A DNA stretch of 64,000 nt from the human T2T-CHM13v2.0 reference genome, Homo sapiens: NCBI RefSeq assembly GCF_009914755.1, contig NC_060932.1. One strand, 5' to 3'. Shown here one piece after another: positions 26,601-43,183 of this stretch (position 1 is its first letter; each line of letters starts with the position of its first letter). The position numbers and the translations under genes are program-made. The notes beneath the pieces are model-generated. The model was given only the letters and a program-made list of their open reading frames with translations. It was not told where the DNA came from and did no database searches.

Positions 26601-27031
26601 AAAAATAAAAATGAATTTTCTTTTCCTGTGTACTTTTAAATTCCCAGAAGGCTTTTAAATTATCGAAGTATTTACTGAAGGTATAAGACACATAAGTGGA
26701 AATCATTACTGTCATCTATATTAATAATGCCTTTATAATTGATGAGTGTGTCGTATTTTCTTCTTGCAATTAAACTCTGCTGTCTGAGATTACAGCATAA
26801 AAAAGAGTCTCTGAAAAAAATTATAAAAACAATTTGGGGGCGGCAGGTGGGGCCAAGATGGCCAAATAGGAACAGCTCCAGTCTACAGCTCCCAGCATGA
26901 GCAACGCAGAACATGGGTGATTTCTGCATTTCCAACTGAGGTACCAGGTTCATCTCACTGGAGAGTGTCAGAAAGTGGGTGCAGGACAGTGAGTGCAGCG
27001 CACTGAGTGTGAGCCAAAGCAGGGCGAGGCA

Positions 27032-27295
27032 TCACCTCCCCCAGGAAGTGCAAGAGGTCAGGGAATTCCCTTTCCTAGTCAAAGAAAGGGGTGACAGACG
27101 GCACCTGGAAAATCGGGTCACTCCCACCCTAATACTGCGCTTTTCCAATGGTCTTAGCAAACGGCACATCAGGAGATTATATCCCGCACCTGGCTCGGAA
27201 GGACCTACGCTCATGGAGCCTCGCTCATTGCTAGCACAGCAGTCTGAGATCAAACTGAAAGGGGGCAGCGAAGCTGGGGGAGGGATGCCCGCCAT
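27032..27295 (-). CDS. L1 ORF0 (antisense ORF), open for 87 aa
   Basis: ATG in GCAATGG context gives MAGIPPPASLPPFSLISDCCASNERGS..., matching ORF0. Expression is unknown. Confidence 0.6.
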   Translation of the reverse strand: MAGIPPPASLPPFSLISDCCASNERGSMSVGPSEPGAGYNLLMCRLLRPLEKRSIRVGVTRFSRCRLSPLSLTRKGNSLTSCTSWGR

Positions 27296-27870
27296 TGCCC
27301 AGGCTTCAGTAGGTAAACAAAATGGCCAGGAAGCTCGAACTGGGTGGAGCCCACCACAGCTCAAGGAGGCCTGCCTGCCTCTGTAGACTCCACCTCTGAG
27401 GGCAGGGCACAGCCAAACAAAAGGCAGCAGAATCCTCTGCAGACTTAAATGTCCCTGTCTGACAGCTTTGAAGAGAGTAGTGGTTCTCCCAGCACGCAGC
27501 TGGACATCGGAGAATGGACAGACTGCCTCCTTAAGTGGGTCCCTGACCCCCAAGTAGCCTAACTGGGAGGCACTCCCCAGTAGGGGCAGACTGACACCTC
27601 ACACGGCCAGGTACTCCTCTGAGACAAAACTTCCAGAGGAACGATCAGGCAGCAACATTTGCTGCTCACCAATATCTGCTGTTCTGCAGCCACGACTGCT
27701 GATGCCCAGGCAAACAGGGTCTGGAGTGGACCTCCAGCAAACTCCAACAGACCTGCAGCTGAGGGTCCTGACTGTTAGAAGGAAAACTAACAAACAGAAA
27801 GGACATCCACACCAAAACCCCATCTGTACGTCACCATCATCAAAGACCAAAGGTAGATAAAACCACAAAG

Positions 27871-28886
27871 ATGGGGAAAAAACAGAGCAGAAAAACTGGA
27901 AACTCTAAAAATCAGAGTGCCTCTCCTCCTCCAAAGGAACGCAGCTCCTCACCAGCAACGGAACAAAGCTGGACAGGGAATGACTTTGACGAGTTGAGAG
28001 AATAAGGCTTCAGACGATCAAACTACTCCGAGCTAAAGGAGGAAGTTTGAACCCATGGCAAAGAAGTAAAAAACCTTGAAAAAAAAATGAGACAAATGGC
28101 TAACTAGAATAACCAATGCAGAGAAGTCCTTAAAGGACCTGATGGAGCTGAAAACCAAGGCACCAGAACTACGTGATGAATGGACAAGCCTCAGTAGCCG
28201 ATTTGATCAACTGGAAGAAAGGGTATCAGTGATGGAAGATCAAATGAATGAAATGAAGTGAGAAGAGAAGTTTAGAGAAAAAAGAAAAAAGAAATGAACA
28301 AAGCCTCCAAGTAATATGGGACTATGTGAAAAGACCAAATCTACGCCTGACTGGTGTACCTGAAAGTGACTGGGAGAATGGAACCAAGTTGGAAAACACT
28401 CTGCAGGATATTATCCAGGAGAACTTCCCCAATCTAGCAAGGCAGGCCAACATTCAAATTCAGGAAATACAGAGAACGCCACAAAGATGCTACTTGAGAA
28501 GAGCAACTCCAAGACACATAATTGTCAGATTCACCAAATTTGAAATGAAGGAAAAAATGTTAAGGGCAGCCAGAGAAAAAGGTAGGGTTACCCACAAAGG
28601 GAAGCCCATCAGACTAACAACTGATCTCTCGGCAGAAACTCTACAAGCCAGAAGAGAGTGGGGGCCAATATTCAACATTCTTAAAGAAAAGAATTTTCAA
28701 CTCAGAATTTCATATCCAGCCAAACTAAGCTTCATAAGTGAAGGAGAAATAAAATCCTTTACAGACAAGCAAATGCTGAGAGATTTTGTCACCACCAGGC
28801 CTGCCCTAAAAGAGCTCCTGAAGGAAGCACTAAACATGGAAAGGAACAACCAGTACCAGCCACTGCAAAAACATGTCAAATTGTAA
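27871..28886 (+). pseudogene. Disrupted L1 ORF1
   Basis: MGKKQSRKTGNSK... with an in-frame TAA at 28003-28005 (codon 45) and further lesions. The C-terminal part is open from 28326 to 28886. Confidence 0.93.
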
Positions 28887-28949
28887 AGACCATCGAGTCT
28901 AGGAAGAAACTGCATCAACTAATGAGCAAAATAACCAGCTAACATCATA

Positions 28950-32780
<3,831 letters not shown>

Positions 32781-33189
32781 GAACACATGGACACAGGAAG
32801 GGGAACATCACACACCAGGGCCTGTTGTGGGGTGGGGGAAGGGGGGAGGGATACCATTAGGAGATATACCTAATGTTAAATGACGAGTTAATGGGTGCAG
32901 CACACCCACACGGCACATGTATATGTATGTAACTAACCTGCACGTTGTGCACAAGTACCCTAAAACTTAAAGCATAATAAAAAAATTAAAAAAAATAAAA
33001 AATTTAGTCACGTATTTCCTTTGTGAGCTTATTTGGTTACATCTGAAAATACTGAGAACTTTTATTCCATGAAAATGATTGTCCCCTCAATCAATAGCAA
33101 TTGAATGCATCAAATATGTCTAGCACCATTTCTGCTACACAGTAAATACTCAAATATATTTATTGGAATTAGCAACCATTCCCTTTTCT

Positions 33190-35400
33190 TTGCATCCTCT
33201 ACATCTGTTGTTTTTTTATTTTTTAACAAAAGCCATTCTGAGGGGTGTGAGATTGTGGTTTTGATTTGCATTTATCTAATGATTAGTGACGATGACCATT
33301 TATTCATATGTTTGTTGTCAGCTTGTCTTCTTTTAAGAAGTGTCTGTTCATGTCTTTTGCCTTCTTTTTAATAGGGTGGGTTTTTTGCTTGAAAATTTAT
33401 TTAAGTTTCTTACAGATTCTGGATATTAGACCTTTGTCAGATGCACAGTTTATGAATATTTCCCCCATTCTGCAGGCTGTCTGTTTACTTCCTTCATAGT
33501 TTTGCTGTGCAGAAGTTCTTGAGTTTAATTATGTCCTACTTGTCAATTTTTGATTTTGTTGCAATAGCTTTTGAAAACGTAGCCAATATCAAAAAGGGGA
33601 TTTCCTAGGTTTTCTTCTAAGATTTTCATATTTTGAGGTCTTACATTTAAATATTCAATCTATCTTGAGTCAGTTTTTGTATATGGTGAAAGGTTGTGGT
33701 CTAGCTTTATTCTTCTGCATATCAGCCAGCTATGATGGCACTATTGACTAGGGAGTCCTTTCCTTATTGCTTAGTTTTGTTGAATTTTTCAGAGATTAGA
33801 TGGCTGTAGGTGTATGTCCTTATTTCTAGGTTCTCTATCCTGTTCCATTGGTCTATTGTCTATTTTTGTACCAGGACCATGCTTTTTGGTTACCGTAGCC
33901 TTGTAGTATAGTTTGAAGTAGGATAATGTGATGCCTCTTGCTTTGTTCTTTTTGCTTAGGATTGCTTTGGCTATTCAGGCTCTTTTGTTGTTGTTGTTCC
34001 CTATGAATTTTCAATAGTTTCTTCCAGTTCTTTAAAAAATGATGTTGGTAGTTTTATAGGGATAGCATTGCATCTGTAAATTGCATGGGATAGTATGGCC
34101 ATTTTAATGATGCTGATTCTTCCAATCCATGAACAAGGAGTGTTTTTCTATATTTTATGTTGTGATTTCTTTGAGCAGTGTTTTGTAGTTCTCCTTGTAG
34201 AGATCTTTCACCTCCTTGGTTAAATCAATTCCTGGGTATTTTATTTTTGTTTGTGGCTATTGTGAATGGGATTGCATTCTTGATTTGGCTCTCACTTTAA
34301 ATGTTATTGGTATATAGAAATGCTACCTATTTTTGTGTATTATTTTTCTTTGCCAGATTTTGGTGTTAGGATGATGCTGACTTCATAGAGTGAGTTAGAG
34401 AGAAGTCTCTCCTCCTTGACTTTTTTGGAATAGTTTCAGTTGGATTGGTAACAACTCTTTTTTATTTGTCTGGTAGAATTCAGCTGTGAATACATCTGAT
34501 CATGAGCTTTTATTGATTGGTAGGTTTTGTATTATGGATCCCATTTCAGAACTTGTTACTGGTCTGTTCAGGTTTTCAGTTTCTTCCTGGTTCAATTATG
34601 AGAGGTTGTGTTTCAAGGAATTTATCCATTTTCTCTAGATGTCCTATTTTGTGTACATAGCAGTGTTCATAATAGTTTCTGAGGATCTTTTGTATTTCTG
34701 TGGGATTGATTGTAATGTTATCTGTGTCACTGATCTTGTTTATTTATTTAGAGAGCCAACTTTTGGTTTTATTGATCTTTTGTGTAGATTTTCACATCTT
34801 GGTTTCATTCAGTTCTGCTCCACTTTTGGCTATTTTTTTCTTCTGCTAACTTCGGGGTTAATTTGCTCTTGTTTTTCTAATTCCCCCATATACTGTATTA
34901 GACTGTTAATTTGGGAGTTTTCTAATTTCTTCGTCTACCAGTTTAGTGGAAAGTCTTGGGAGATGGGCACCTGTGGCCATGTCTTGCTGCCGCTGCCCCC
35001 TACACAAAATCCCTTGGGCTCTGCCCAGACAGGAGCTCCACCTCTGCCTATTTTCTGAGCAGATTCCCCTGCCAATTCAAATGTCTGTGGGGATCATGGC
35101 ATCTCTTATAGCTAGGATCCCAGAGGTCTGTGGCGAAAGTGGTTTGCCCCACAGTCACTTCACTCAGCCTTCCTTAATAGCCATTCAGGGCTGGGAATTA
35201 GTCCTGGCACTTGGCATCCCCATGCAGGGTCCCCAGCTTCCTCCATCTTCAGCCTCAGTTACTGTGTCACCTCTCTGTTGACTCTCAGTGTTTTCTCTCA
35301 AAAGATCTGCTTTAAGTATGTAGGTTTAGTCCACATTTTGGTGTCTCTTGGTGAGACAGGCACTTTCTGGCTGCATCTAGTTAGCCCTCTTGTTCTGATC
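33190..35400 (-). mobile_element. Older L1 (L1PA16/L1P4-like) fragments: ORF2 segments plus a 5' UTR-like piece
   Basis: T-rich antisense ORF2 homology at 33200-34925 with internal jumps, then a GC-richer 5' UTR-like block at about 34930-35400. Confidence 0.8.
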
Positions 35401-35944
35401 TCCTGAGGTGACATTTACACCTTAGGGTTTGATGGTAGCCAATAGGTGGGCTTTAGCATCCCTCAACTCAATGTCACAGTTGTATCTATACTATTAGAAT
35501 AAACTAAAGCAAAAACCATTATTATTTTAATAATCCATGACTGCCAGACAAAAGTGGCTATTTCCTTCTTACACTTTAGGCAGTGGTCTCATTGTCCCCT
35601 TGGTTTGCATAGATGGATACAGCATTGCTCTAGCCATACAATGCTCAGTCTTCCATTCAGATGCTCAAATGGAGTAAGTTCTTACTTTATATTTCAGCAC
35701 CTGAACCCAAACACCATGTGTTCCATTTGACAGAACTGGAGGCAGACTTTACCTTCATGGATTAGGTCTGCTCTTAGATCAGGATTTTTCACCCTCTATG
35801 TAAGAGCATGAGGAGCTATAAATAAATCTATCCTTAAAGCCAAAATAACAAGCCCATCTTAATAAGGTTATTTCAGTTAACATAAGAATAGTTACAAAGT
35901 AAAGGTCTGTTAAATTTATTTGGAAATATAAAATTATTCCTCCA

Positions 35945-36285
35945 TTATATAGTAGTTTCTCAAAACGTTAAACATAGAATTACCATATGACCGAGCAATT
36001 CCACTTCTAGGTATATACCTAAAAGAGATGAAATCAGGGAATCAGACACTTTTGCACCAGTGCTCATAGAAACACTATTCATAATGGCCAAGATGTGGAA
36101 ACAGCCAAGTGTCTATCAACAGATGAATGGGTAAAGAAAAAGTGATATGTATGTCAGTATACATATATATCTATAGGGGTGATATAGATAATATTTACAT
36201 ATATTTTAATAATATTCTATTGGAGTAATACTTTTAAATATTTTGTGTGTGTGTGTGCATATATATATGTGTGTGTATATATATA

Positions 36286-36324
<39 letters not shown>

Positions 36325-36690
36325 CTCATCCCAATGGAATATTGTTCATCCTCAAAAAGGAATGAAATTCTGATACATACTACATGGATAAACTTTGAAA
36401 ATATTATGCTAAGTAAAATAAGCCAAACACAAAAGAACAAATATTGTATGACTATATGATTGTATGATTTGTATTTGTATTAATGACAGAGGCTGGAGAG
36501 GCAGGAATGGGAAGTTATTGTTTAATGAGTATAAAGTTTCTGTTTAGGTTGATGATAAGGTTATTGAAATGGGTAGTGGCAATGTTTGTACAATTTTGTG
36601 AATGTACTTAACGCCATTGAATCATAAACTTTAAAAAGATTAGAATAGTAAATATGGAGTTATGTATGTTTTGCCACAATAAAAAGAAAA
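35945..36690 (+). mobile_element. L1MB-type 3' end containing a (TA/TG)n microsatellite at 36244-36323
   Basis: catagaattaccatatgacc...agcaattccacttctagg and catggataaactttgaaaatattatgctaagt motifs. Confidence 0.75.
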
Positions 36691-37405
36691 CGAGTAAGTA
36701 AACTTTTTTTTTTAAATTACTCCCCTGTGGTACAGTTACTCCATTCATCATCACATTAAGACTTCTTCCAGGTTGGGGAGTGTTGCGAGATGTTGTCAAA
36801 ATGACCCCACTTGTGAAATCAGAAAACTTTCCCTTAAATCTCAGCTCTGTCACCTAGTAGGAATGCAAATTTGAGCAAGTCACTTAGGTCTGTTGCACCT
36901 TAATTTCTTCAGGTTATGCTGTCCAACAGAGTTGTTTTGATGACTGTAATTGAAATGCATATAAAGTGCTTCGTAAATTCAAACAACAAGGCAAGTGGAT
37001 GGAGGTGACTTTTTAAAATATATTCTTTTAGGGAGCTTAGTCGTAATACTGTTATCTCTGAAATGCATTTACTAATTCATATTTAAATATACTAAAATAT
37101 TAAGGTATTGTTGGTAAGACAGCCACAGTTATTTTTCTAATTTTTCTCTATTTAAAGTATTGAATCCATAGTTTTAGAATTAAAAAATCCTGAATTTCCA
37201 AGGAACCACATTTCTATTCACCATTTCTATAATGAATGGGTTATTAAACCTTTCCATTTATCTTATTTCAATACCTTTTGTTCATTATGTAGCCTCATTG
37301 TACATACCTTAGGAAGAAGGGATAATTATATTACCTCAGAAAGAAGGGACAACTATATGATTATCTTGTCTGAGATGAAAAACTATGGTCTTCATTCATA
37401 CCTAA

Positions 37406-37606
<201 letters not shown>

Positions 37607-37843
37607 TGATTTTCATTCCAAACCACACCATTATCAGTCCCTACATTGTCAAACATGTAATAATAATTTGGCATGACATTATATCAAATTGGACATTATC
37701 TTGGAAGGTCCTTTGGATGCATAATTATATTGAAAAATAAATATTTTAAAAGTAACAAATTTTATGCTATAACATCATAAGTTAATAATAAAATTAATGT
37801 CATTGAAACAAATGCCAACTAATTTTTTTGTTTCCCTCTTTAG

Positions 37844-37891
37844 CGGTTATGTCTTTGACTATGATTACTACAGAGATGATTTCTACAATCG
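37844..37891 (+). CDS. RALYL: RALYL internal coding exon, 48 nt, phase 2-2, Tyr/Asp-rich segment
   Basis: Branch-like ACTAAT (37818-37823), pyrimidine tract and TAG acceptor; encodes GYVFDYDYYRDDFYNR; donor CG|GTATGT; in frame with the next exon. Confidence 0.95.
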
Positions 37892-38304
37892 GTATGTGAA
37901 TTTTTCATCCTTGTTTTCCTATGACTTAAATTATCTTTTAACCATTTTGTACATTTTATTCATGGGTGCTCTTAATTATGGTATTTAAAACAATATTATT
38001 ATAGTTAAAAATAAAATACTAAATCCCAACAAAATATACAGATTTTTATATTTTCATTATACTTACTTGAGTACAGTGGATCTTGGAATTTTAGGACTTT
38101 GGAGGTGCTCAAACCTAAGATTTGGTGTCTAATATTTAGATAAAATCCTAAAGATTTAATTAACTAATATTATCTGCCAAGTCATTTGTTGATTTAGAAT
38201 CCTTCAAGATCAAGAGTTTGAAAACTCAGAACAATAACTCCAACCTTCTGAAGTCCATAATAAAACATTGAAAATGCTATATTGGGTAGAGTCTGTAAAA
38301 TTTA

Positions 38305-39330
38305 CAGATCGTTCCTGCTTTGCAGGACAGTAGGAGGCCACAAAGGTGATGATGCAAGATGAGACCATCCAATGAGGAAAAAACAGGATTGTCTCATGAT
38401 CTTAAACATGTTTGTCAAAACATTAACAACTTTTATTCTCTTCTCTATAAACTAATGGGAAACTATAGTAAAGCTAATTGTTATTTAGTATACTATAATT
38501 TAAAACAATAAAATATTAAGAATTAAGGTGTTTTAGTTCTTTGTAAAGAACACTTATCAAAAGTAGTTGAAACAGTGCATGCCTTCTCATTTCCTAACTC
38601 AGGACAGGATACGGAGTAGGCATCTGTTTTATCCCTTGTTGGATACTCCTCTCTAAGGTTGAATTAGCTTTGACATTCTATCAATGTTGTGAACTATCTC
38701 TGAGAGTTCTTTCAATGTGTGATTCTCTTGCCAGGGTCACTTCCCCTCCATAGCGTTATACGTTTCATCACATCACATCCACTTTCCTCACTTATGTCGA
38801 TAAGTTTGCCTTTACTAAGTTCCTCTGACTCCATACCTAGAGTCTCTTGAGTAGAGGAGTATCAATATCCCTATAATGAGCTATTTCTTCTGTAATTTCA
38901 TTTACATTTAATTTGAGTTTCACATCTAGTATTATCACTCTTCGATTCTTTGCTGCATTTTCATCTTTGATCAATTCTTTCTTTTGATTATTCAATTTTG
39001 CAAAATGCCACGTTTTGTCACTGAGAGATAAGGAAGCATTACAATTAATGATCTGAAACAAGTGAGTGAAGTGAATAATCAATGAACAGCAAAAAAAATC
39101 ATTGACAGACTTTGAAAGATGGAATGTGATTAGTGATCATTGTTATTATCATGCACATTTATTATTTATGCATTTATTTGTGGAAAAGCTAGAAGCAAAG
39201 TTTGGACTTTATTAAATTACTTACCGTTTATATGTTGTAGTAACTAAAATTTGTGTTGTCGGAGAACTGGTGTTATTTAACTAATATCAGTAACTGAAAT
39301 TTATGCATATCAGAGATGAGGATCAACTAT
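38305..39330. mobile_element. Tigger-like DNA transposon remnant
   Basis: TA-CAG start. The minus-strand peptide NRRVIILDVKL resembles the N-terminus of Tigger/pogo transposases. Boundaries approximate. Confidence 0.5.
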
Positions 39331-39489
39331 ATATAGATAGATTACGGGATTAAAAAATGAGGTAAATATATTTTAAGCCTTTAATTATGAGTATTATGCA
39401 AACAACAAAAAAAACCTTAGGTACTGTATAAAAATGCAAACTTAGAAAAAATTTTTCAATAGATGTTTTAAAGAGGAAGTAACTGTGAT

Positions 39490-39875
39490 CCTTGAAAGGG
39501 TCTTATTCTCTCTGCTCCAGCCTCTAGGGCCTTTTGTAAGTTCCACAAGAATTCCATGTTTCTTCCTGCCTCAGGTCCTTTCTCTGTGTTGTTCCATCTC
39601 CTCATACCTCCCTACACTACCTGGTTCACTTGACTCCTCATCTTTCAGATCTCAGCACGAACATCCCTCACAGATTAAATTAGGTTCCTCTGTTCCTCTC
39701 GCTCAGCGCCCAGCACTGTTACTTCACAGCACCTCTCCTAATTTCTATTGCTATATTTCTTTCTGCAGTGTTTGATTCATGTCTGTCTTCCTTCCCCCAC
39801 CTGAACAATGTTCAGTTTTGCTTATCTTTGTATCCTTGGGGACTATCAGTAAACCTCACACATAGTGGATACTCT
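39490..39875. mobile_element. L2 remnant
   Basis: Pyrimidine-rich L2-like motifs (cctgcctcaggtcctt...; ctcctcatctttcagatctcagc). Other probable L2/MIR remnants lie near 21630-21800, 24800-25180, 51000-51500 and 54110-54570. Confidence 0.6.
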
Positions 39876-40545
39876 GTATTATTAATTCATCTCCTTAGAT
39901 TTAGAGACACAGTCATTTTCCGAAGGTCACCAAGCTAATTAGTGACAGAACTATGATCATAATCTAGGCATCCAATTTAGATTCAATAACCAACTATGTG
40001 AATATGCACAATGGGGAGGGCAATATCAGCCTATGGAGCTATGCGATTCCTACTTGAGAATCAGACCCACAACTGTAACTTCATTGCTGCAATGGTCAAA
40101 CTACTGAATTAAGCAACTTATTTCACTAGTTATCCTTTTCTGACAAAAAAATATAATCTTTAAGAATGATTTTCTCAAAGCATTTTATAATTTCTATAAA
40201 ATATATTTTAAATATTAAGAAACTTATCATAACTTATTCTAAAAGTGATGCAAACATCTGGCAGCATTAAAATAATCCCATTTACTATTAAGGAAGGATA
40301 TCTAGACTGTTTTTATACTATTTGAAAATGTTACTTTTTGACAAGTTTAAAGACATTTTCTACTATAGCTATTTTTTCACTTGCTACGAATAAAGTTTTC
40401 AATTAATATACATTGTCTTATACTCTGTCTATATAAAACCATTTTAGCATCTTTTATTTTCTATCATATGACTTCCTTATACATTTAAAGAATTTCCACC
40501 TAACATGGAGTTTTACTCTACACCGTAGGAGACCCAAGTTCTGGT

Positions 40546-41103
40546 TGTTACCGGAAAGGGGTCCCAATTCAGACCCCAAGAGAGGGTTCTTGGGTCTTGC
40601 AAGAAGTAAGTCAGGGCAAGTCCACAGCACAAAAGCAAGTTTATTAAGAAAGAAAGGTGGTGAAACTATAGCTACTCCATAGACAGAGCAGAGTATTCCC
40701 AGTATTCCCAAAAGTAAGAGGAAGGACGTGCCTGCCCTAGGTACAATGCTTGTTTATACATAGGACAACAACAACAACAACAAAAACCATGGGGAGTTGT
40801 GCTCTACTACAAGGGTTTGTGATAAAGGATACATTTTTCTAATTACTGCATTTTGCAAGAATCAATATGACTATCTTTAAAGCAAAATTAGGAATGCTTT
40901 TGTTCTGAAGATATGGAGATATCAAGACATTCCTGGGCCTGAGTCTGTTTAGTAAACATTATTAATCTGTTCTCTTAACCATAAACATCTAGGAGCTAGG
41001 AATAAATACCTAACCTCCTGGGAATGCAGCCCAGCAAGTCCCAGCCTCATTCTTCCTAGCCCTCACTCAAGATGGAGTCGCTCTGGTTTGAATGCCTCTG
41101 ACA
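40546..41103 (-). mobile_element. MER41-family ERV1 solo LTR
   Basis: TGTTACCGGAAAGGGGTCCC...CAAGATGGAGTCGCTCTGGTT...CCTCTGACA with a perfect 4-bp TSD TGGT at 40542-40545 and 41104-41107. Confidence 0.9.
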
Positions 41104-41214
41104 TGGTAACTAGCCTTGTAACTTTAGGCAAGTCAGGTTTTCAGTTTTCTCATCTTTAAAAGGAAGCCAGGATTTGCATTTTACTATTTAGAAATGTTAG
41201 CTCAATAAAATCAT

Positions 41215-41285
41215 TAGATTAGATAGGTGATAGATGGATGGATGGAGATAGATCGACAGATAGATAGATAGATAATCAATAGATC
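41215..41285. repeat. Degenerate (GATA)n/(GATG)n microsatellite
   Basis: Read directly from the sequence. Confidence 0.85.
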
Positions 41286-41929
41286 CATCTTACTTGCCAA
41301 AGAACAAGAGCTTTAAATAGTCAAATTATTAGAGAGGCTGTAGCTTTCAGGTGACTCTCTACTATACAAGAACTTAGCTACAGTATGAACAATTTTCAAA
41401 ATCATTTATTTGTTTTGTGTACAATCTGTTTGGCATGGAAGTATGAAATAGATCAGTATGGTTGTATTGTTAACAGACTGAGCAGTCTGTGCTCTCGTTA
41501 GTTTATTTTCCATTTTTGGCACTTGGCTAAGAAAGACATAAGCATCTGCCACTAGTGGATATACTCAAGAGTTCCCTATAAACATAGAATACCATGAAAT
41601 AAAAACAGAATGGAGAGGCTGGACAAGATACATAGCTTACAGAGTCACTACTAATCCACAGTCATTTCTCATAAGTTACGGTCTTCTTGCATTTGTGTTT
41701 TCTTTTTCTCTCTCTCTTTTAGCAGAGGTGCAAACTTGGGCAAGTTAGTTAATATCACAAAATCTGTTATGTCCTCTGGGAGGTGAGCATGAAATTAATT
41801 CCTAACTCATGAAATCATTCTAAGAATTAAATGAGGTAACATAATGATCAGCATTATGCCTGGTATTTTTTAGTGCTTAATCAATATTAGCTAGTATTAA
41901 CAGTTAACAGTAACCATTAACAATAATGG

Positions 41930-42245
41930 GGCCAGGCGCGGTGGCTCACGCCTGATCCCAGCACTTTGGGAGGCCGAGGCAGACGGATCACCTGCAGTGG
42001 GGAGTTTGAGACCAGCCTGGCCAACATGGTAAAACCCCATCTCTACTAAAAATACAAAAATTAGCCAGGTCTGGTGGTGGGCGCCTGTAATACCAGCTAC
42101 TCAGGAGGCTGAGGCAGGAGAATTGCTTGAACCCAGGAGGCAGAGGTTGCAGTGAGCCGAGATCGTAACACTGCACTCCAGCCTGGGGACAGAGCGAAAC
42201 TCCGTCTAAAAAAAAGAAAAAGAAAAAGGAAGAAAAAGAAAAAAA
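41930..42245 (+). mobile_element. AluS (Sq/Sx-like)
   Basis: Full dimer. TSD AATAATGG at 41922-41929 and 42246-42253. Confidence 0.93.
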
Positions 42246-42479
42246 AATAATGGTAGATGTATTTCTCATATTGACATTCATACAGCAGTGTCCATATAAC
42301 TGAGAAACAAACTGGTTGGTCAGTTTTTCTTCCATTATAGCTGATTTGGGACATCTCTGGATTATTCTGTTTTCCCAGTTTTCCCTCTCCTACTCCCCCA
42401 AAGCATTCCGGCTGCAGCTGATCACACTTGCCTGCAGAGAGCGCTCAGCTGTTTCTGTTAACCCCATGCTGCTTGTTTA

Positions 42480-43183
42480 GATCATGAAAACAGAAATTAC
42501 ACTACTTACGTATAACAGGGCTAATTGCATATAGAAACTCGTTAAGTCGGTATTAAAGAACTGAAAACGCAAAAAGACAACACTGTGATATACTGGAGTT
42601 AGTGACTGCAGGAAGCTGCTACCACTTCTAGGGCTGGAGAAACAAAGGAAGATTTGGGGTCTCAGAAATTGCTGTAGAAAAAGAGCCTACCAGAGCTGAA
42701 ACTATGCATAGGAGATTCTGTTCAGATGGTGCTGCTGTGTCTGAGTCCACAAGGAGAACCTGTGGTGCTGACACCCAAATCTCTGAGATGGGGATATGGG
42801 CTGACAGGTGCTGGGGTCTTTGAGGGAGCGTGGAGTGGCTGTTCTCCAAGTGTTGCAAAATTACTCAGACTGGATTCTGCTGATGCTACTGGAATGAATT
42901 GTTGTTGCCAGGATGAAGAAACTAGATTGGGGTAATGCTGAAAAGAGCAGGAAGCCAAAACACAAATAAAAAGCAAAACAAGAAGGAGCAGGTCCCTTTT
43001 CCTTGCTCCAACCTTGCAGTCTCTTTCTTAGGTCCTTTATTGGCTGAGCCCAGCAGGGAGCTAGCTGCCCAACCCCAACCCTAACCCTCACCTCCGGAAG
43101 TGTGGTTTTCAGAGTTCCAAACCCATCATCTGTGGCTAAGGGTAGGTCTGAAACCAAGAAACAATAGCTTAATAACTAACATA
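42480..43183 (-). mobile_element. Old ERVL-type solo LTR (LTR33/LTR41-like)
   Basis: Right end gggtaggtctgaaaccaagaaacaatagcttaataactaaca resembles an antisense LTR33-family start. Left boundary uncertain. Confidence 0.45.

Noticed and set aside
32828-32850. G-quadruplex-forming G-tract
   Set aside because: Standard feature of the L1 3' UTR, not specific to this locus.
36234-36459. ORFs rich in CVYI/THIY repeats
   Set aside because: Translations of a (TA/TG)n microsatellite.
37797-37988. 63-aa ORF as a standalone gene
   Set aside because: Only the central 48 nt are the RALYL exon; the rest is intron read in frame.
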